A stretch of 64,000 nucleotides of DNA from Eukaryota sp. GEM-RC1 (taxonomy: Eukaryota). The notes below the pieces were generated by a model. That model searched no databases and was not told the DNA's origin. It worked only from the letters and a program-made list of their open reading frames with translations. Shown one piece after another: positions 59,471 to 64,000 of the stretch. Numbering within the stretch: the first letter of the stretch is position 1; each line of letters opens with the position of its first letter. The stretch spans positions 2,232,001 through 2,296,000 of the forward strand of contig JAUFOQ010000002.1 of the NCBI GenBank assembly GCA_040285855.1. Reading direction: 5' to 3'. The position numbers were made by a program, and so were the translations under genes.

Positions 59471-59882
59471 GTTTATTACCATCCATAGTTCTCCTTGTTC
59501 ATTGTTTTCACAAATCCAAGGAGTGTAACAGATCCTGAATCAGAGTTTTAGTTTTATTGAAACACTCTGAAGTCCTTTCATTATGCAACTTCTGAACTTG
59601 GAATGGTTAAGATTGATGAATTGTAGGAGCATCTACTTTTGCCAGAATTCGTTTTCATTTTCTATTTTTAATTGCTAAATTTATGATTCTGACAAGGGTA
59701 TTATCTCGATAAAGATGTGCTATGGAAATTAAATAAAAAGCAAATAAATTTTTTTTTCCACATCAAAGCTAGTCAGTGAAATAAATGCATTTGCAGAAGT
59801 TAGATTGGAAAAAGAAAGATTTTTTCTGCCTAGGCACATTCCTGGTTTCCTTTGTCGTTTGGTTTCAACATCTCTTGACTAA

Positions 59883-62800
59883 ATGACCAAAAGTCAACTG
59901 CTAGCATCTATCTTGTGCAATACTGATCCACTACTCTGTAAATTACCCTTCAACATCCTTGTCGATTTCCATGCACAACACCTCAAATCCCCAATTGATG
60001 TCATAAATACCATCGTACCCAGTCTTTTCCCCTGTATAGATTCACTCAACTATGATAGGTTTGTCTCATCCCGCGTTCTTTCCCTTACTCTATTCAACCA
60101 AGAACTCCTCTATTTCTCCAAACCTATAGAATTCAACACTTCTCTTCAACAAAACCCTACTTCACCAGACATCATTTACACTTCCTCTGTCCCTGACTTC
60201 CTCTCCACTCTATCTTCCCAGATACAGTCTACCCTGCACTCCCACACCACTATCATATCTTCTTCCTTACCCACCATTACCTCTTCTCAGGCCCTTGGGT
60301 CGCTATTTGCCAATCATTTATCTGTCTCTTGTCTCTATGCGTTTTGGTCATTTTATAGTGTTTATCAGAATAAAAAGAATTCAAAAGTCTTGTCGACAAC
60401 GATTTCTCGATTAAAGTCGTTGTTGACAACCGCGTCATCAGAAGAGGTCAAAAGAACGGCTCAGTATTGCCTAGTTCTCTATGTGATGTTGATTAATGAC
60501 CCAGTCAATAACTTTGAGTTGATTGAGTCTGACTCTTTGTCTGTTCGATTGAATGACGTATCTGTTCCAATCACTTTTGATTGTTTTTCTAACTCACCAC
60601 TTCCTTTTGAAGGTATTGGTCAAGTTTTCCATTCAAAACTACTTGAATCCACAGTCAACTCTTGGTGGACTAATGATGAAAGTGTGGTGTTTTCTGACAG
60701 TTCGCCTTATTTTATTAATGAAATGACTTCATTTTGTCAGTTGTTTACATTGTCGTTGAATACTTTTGAATTGAAATATTCTGAATTATCTCAATTGTCT
60801 TTAGATTGGCAGATTAGCAAGTTTTTACTTTCTTGTTTGGTTTCTGATTTATCAATTATCAATTTAACTTCAGAATTACTTTCTGAACTCGACTTAAATT
60901 TGTTATTTCAGCAGTTAAATTATTTAAATAATTTGTCCATCAATCTAGAGAATGATTTCCCACTTCCTAATGCTCAAAAATTAAATTCTGATTATTTTAA
61001 AAATCTATCAGATGGGGCTCCCAGGTTTAAAATATTTGTTCTGTCGGATCCCTTACCAATCAAATTTGATCTCTTTACTCACATTTCAATCCAACCACCC
61101 TCCTCAAACATCGACATTTCAGCTCAAATACTCACGTCATCACTTTCCTCTTTAGGTTTCATTGACGGATATTCCCTCTCTCTAAAAGTAATCAACACCA
61201 TCAATCAAATCATCGGTCAAAATCACGACCTCATCAACGCCACCCTTCTTCTTTCTTTCTTCACTTGCTCTTACTTCTCTGTTAACTTCAGCATTTGTTC
61301 TACTGAGGATCCTTCAATAGACAAGACAAGTTCAAGAAAAATGGATACTCGTAGATCTTCTATTACTACAATGAACACTGTGGATTCTTCATTAGCCAAT
61401 CTATCAGTGTCGTTATTGATGGGGCTCATGGTTGTGACTCTTTCTTCTTCTGATCAAGCAAGTGATGACGTGATGCAATTGATTAATGGACTTTTTCCGA
61501 GTGATGTATTGGGGAAGATGAAGTCTCTGTATGAATCATCAATGGAATTAAAAGTTCGACTGTTTGAAAAATTTAAAAAATCCAAAATGTTGGTAGAATT
61601 GAAACTTTTTTGTTTTAATTTGTTTGAGTATATTCAATACAAACAAATGATCAACTTAACTGATTCATTTATGGTTAATGTTATCAACAGTCAGATTGAT
61701 ATTTCTTTAGTTGTGCAAGCAATCTATTTATTAGGCAATTGCTTTGGGAAAAAGATTTTGATTTTTGCCACAATTGATGATTTTTTAAAATTTAGTGCTT
61801 CCACGGATAATCATTGGATTATTTTTCCTTTTGACACGCAGAAACATGATTGTTCTCGATTTTTAAATTTGTCAAAATCTTGTGTTTTCTTCCAAATTTG
61901 TACGAATATGACACAAATTTTGAATTATCCTACTTTTATTATCAATTTTCCCCTACAAACACCTTCTAGTTTACCACTACCACTCATTGATGTCCCATAT
62001 TTAATATTGTCAAAATATTCGAATATCGACTTCGAAGATCCTATCACAACAATTAACGATCTTTTGACCAAAATTTTAGAAATATTTAAATCCCACACAT
62101 TTGCCAACACATTAATGCTCAATGTATCTCTAAAGAACTTCAAAAGCATATGTCTTTCTCTTCTACCACCAGTTATTAACCCCCAATCACTGACCCTCAC
62201 TCACGTCACCAGAGCTCTTCTACTTTCCTTTTTCACCATATACACCAATTCATCCACTGACCCCTCTCTCCCTAATTCTCTCTCTTCCACTCTTCACCAA
62301 CACTTTCCTTCTGATGTCCCTCAAATCACCAAAGTAGAAGAAGTGTATCGTCCCCTTGAAACTGCTGAATCAGTTGCATCATCACAAGCTTCTGATTCTG
62401 CCAACACCCAGTCAGATTACAGTTACGATTCAGAAGAAGAGGAAGAAATAGAATTAATTGAGAAGCATATTCCTTCTTTAGAATCTTTTGCTCTCGATCC
62501 GTTAACTGGAGAATGGGTTTCACTTGATTTAATGTTTTCCCCTAGGTCACTGCTTTCTATTACTCACAGTGAACCTTTTTGTTTGTATTCCTGTCATTTG
62601 ATGGCTCCTTGTACTACTTTTACAGCAATTCATTCTTCATCAAGATGCGCAGGGAAAAAGTCGATTGTAAAGCTGCTGACGCGATCTGAAAGGTTCGATG
62701 GAGGGCAGAATTCATCTTATCAGGCTCTTACTTCTAGATTAGTTACTGAAACAGCCAGAAAACGAAAGAAAGACCAAAAAGATCAAAGTGAAGACGCTTT

Positions 62801-63689
62801 ACACCCAAACTCTCTCCTTGTTCATGTCGAAAAGGAGTCTATGTTTAGTGTTGATACTCTGGTTCAGTCTTTGATTAGGCAGTTGTCATCGCATGAGCTC
62901 AATCATTTTGGAACTGATTTGACAGTTGATTTTCCATTGTTTTCTTCTGTGCTGCTGATTGAGATTGATGATGATACTTCACAGGCAGTTTCAGATGCTT
63001 TGTTGTCGCTATTGGACAAAAACTGTATTGGTGACAAGATTTTCAAATTTTCAAAAATTTATCTTGTCGCTACAAGTTCAACATTCTCTACCTTTTCTTC
63101 ATACTTTTTAGACCGTTGTTCTTTTGTGTTCAAGCCAGCTATAGGTTTTGAAGCACTACAATCAATCATTTTTGATCAAGTATCGTCATCTCAGGTCGCC
63201 AGTTTAGAACTGCGACAAAGTTTCTCGTTAGGATTGTCTAAGTTAATATTTACCTGTCAGGAAAAATGGCAGGAAATGCCAAACACGTGTGTCAACGTCA
63301 CCACCGCAATCAAAATTGTTAAATATGTTAATGCTGAGCTCTACAATCACAAAATCACAGTATTTCCAAAATTGTTAGATCAAATAATTGAAATTATTTT
63401 GGGATCTCAAATTTCTTTTGACGAGGACTTCTTTGCTGAATTGGCTACAGATGTGTATTCCTGTTTTCAGCACTTTAATGAAGATTTTTCTGAAAAACAT
63501 GATTCTGCTAGATGGTTTTCTACTGGCGTTTTAGGAAAGTATGACGTTAACAAGACAATTAAAAAGTTGATTGATGAAGAGAAACATTTTTGTAGCTTCT
63601 TGCTACGTGTTTTGGTTGATAACTACGAAACTTCTTCTGGTTATAATGATTTAATTCTTGATGTTTCCAAAAATTGCATCACTTTTTGA
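59883..63689 (+). CDS. Large protein resembling a highly degenerate dynein heavy-chain motor region; may continue past the stop via a frameshift
   Basis: 1268-aa ORF with colinear dynein-like segments (SLSSLGFIDGYSLSLK; ALDPLTGEWVSL; AGKKSIV; LLIEIDD; FLDRCSFV). No canonical Walker A. Confidence 0.5.
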   Translation: MTKSQLLASILCNTDPLLCKLPFNILVDFHAQHLKSPIDVINTIVPSLFPCIDSLNYDRFVSSRVLSLTLFNQELLYFSKPIEFNTSLQQNPTSPDIIYTSSVPDFLSTLSSQIQSTLHSHTTIISSSLPTITSSQALGSLFANHLSVSCLYAFWSFYSVYQNKKNSKVLSTTISRLKSLLTTASSEEVKRTAQYCLVLYVMLINDPVNNFELIESDSLSVRLNDVSVPITFDCFSNSPLPFEGIGQVFHSKLLESTVNSWWTNDESVVFSDSSPYFINEMTSFCQLFTLSLNTFELKYSELSQLSLDWQISKFLLSCLVSDLSIINLTSELLSELDLNLLFQQLNYLNNLSINLENDFPLPNAQKLNSDYFKNLSDGAPRFKIFVLSDPLPIKFDLFTHISIQPPSSNIDISAQILTSSLSSLGFIDGYSLSLKVINTINQIIGQNHDLINATLLLSFFTCSYFSVNFSICSTEDPSIDKTSSRKMDTRRSSITTMNTVDSSLANLSVSLLMGLMVVTLSSSDQASDDVMQLINGLFPSDVLGKMKSLYESSMELKVRLFEKFKKSKMLVELKLFCFNLFEYIQYKQMINLTDSFMVNVINSQIDISLVVQAIYLLGNCFGKKILIFATIDDFLKFSASTDNHWIIFPFDTQKHDCSRFLNLSKSCVFFQICTNMTQILNYPTFIINFPLQTPSSLPLPLIDVPYLILSKYSNIDFEDPITTINDLLTKILEIFKSHTFANTLMLNVSLKNFKSICLSLLPPVINPQSLTLTHVTRALLLSFFTIYTNSSTDPSLPNSLSSTLHQHFPSDVPQITKVEEVYRPLETAESVASSQASDSANTQSDYSYDSEEEEEIELIEKHIPSLESFALDPLTGEWVSLDLMFSPRSLLSITHSEPFCLYSCHLMAPCTTFTAIHSSSRCAGKKSIVKLLTRSERFDGGQNSSYQALTSRLVTETARKRKKDQKDQSEDALHPNSLLVHVEKESMFSVDTLVQSLIRQLSSHELNHFGTDLTVDFPLFSSVLLIEIDDDTSQAVSDALLSLLDKNCIGDKIFKFSKIYLVATSSTFSTFSSYFLDRCSFVFKPAIGFEALQSIIFDQVSSSQVASLELRQSFSLGLSKLIFTCQEKWQEMPNTCVNVTTAIKIVKYVNAELYNHKITVFPKLLDQIIEIILGSQISFDEDFFAELATDVYSCFQHFNEDFSEKHDSARWFSTGVLGKYDVNKTIKKLIDEEKHFCSFLLRVLVDNYETSSGYNDLILDVSKNCITF

Positions 63690-64000
63690 TTTGAATGTTT
63701 TCCCCTTTGTTCTGATACGAACTTGTGATTCTTCTAGAATTTCTTTTTGCCATTCTCTACTTAAGGTTGCTTCAATGTGTTGTAGCAAAGATTTGTATTT
63801 CTATGATAGTCAATTAAATTTGATGGAATTGCCGCAATCAAGTCTTGTATTGATTTCTGATGACTGGAGCTCTGCTGATTTTAATCAAATTTTAGTTAAA
63901 TTGACCCCTTTCATGATGAAATTGTCTTTAGTTTTTTCGTTTGATGATGAAAGTCCTCTCTTGCCTATATTTAAAAATTCTAGTTTGTTTTCAAAATCTT

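Overview
AT-rich, gene-dense eukaryotic (probably flagellated protist) genomic DNA with tiny 27-31 nt spliceosomal introns. It carries many single-base homopolymer frameshifts that look like long-read consensus errors. Host genes include alpha-tubulin, Prp43/DHX15, a receiver-domain cAMP phosphodiesterase (RegA-like), an RCC1-repeat protein, a RING-kinase-SPRY protein, a degenerate P1B ATPase, CEP131-like, RPC9/C17-like, a degenerate dynein-like ORF and tRNA-Ala(AGC). These are interspersed with an intact MULE, several hAT/pogo/Mutator-type non-autonomous elements with clear TSDs, and REL-endonuclease non-LTR retrotransposon remnants. The standout is a composite element present twice in inverted orientation (17827-24863 +, 36095-42309 -). 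Its order is: shared 5' end, double-hairpin repeats, half of a UPF1-like helicase, a 2A ribosome-skipping peptide, an exchangeable Ulp1/C48 protease, an intact DEDDy 3'-5' exonuclease, a Fanzor1 (eukaryotic TnpB), and a conserved hairpin-containing 3' end (omegaRNA candidate). In both copies the Fanzor RuvC-III Asp is Asn. The putative guide of copy 2 matches a 14-mer just upstream of the neighbouring phosphodiesterase gene. Together this suggests an undescribed nuclease-dead, RNA-guided protease/exonuclease-Fanzor fusion system. All domain calls are by motif recognition only; no searches were run.
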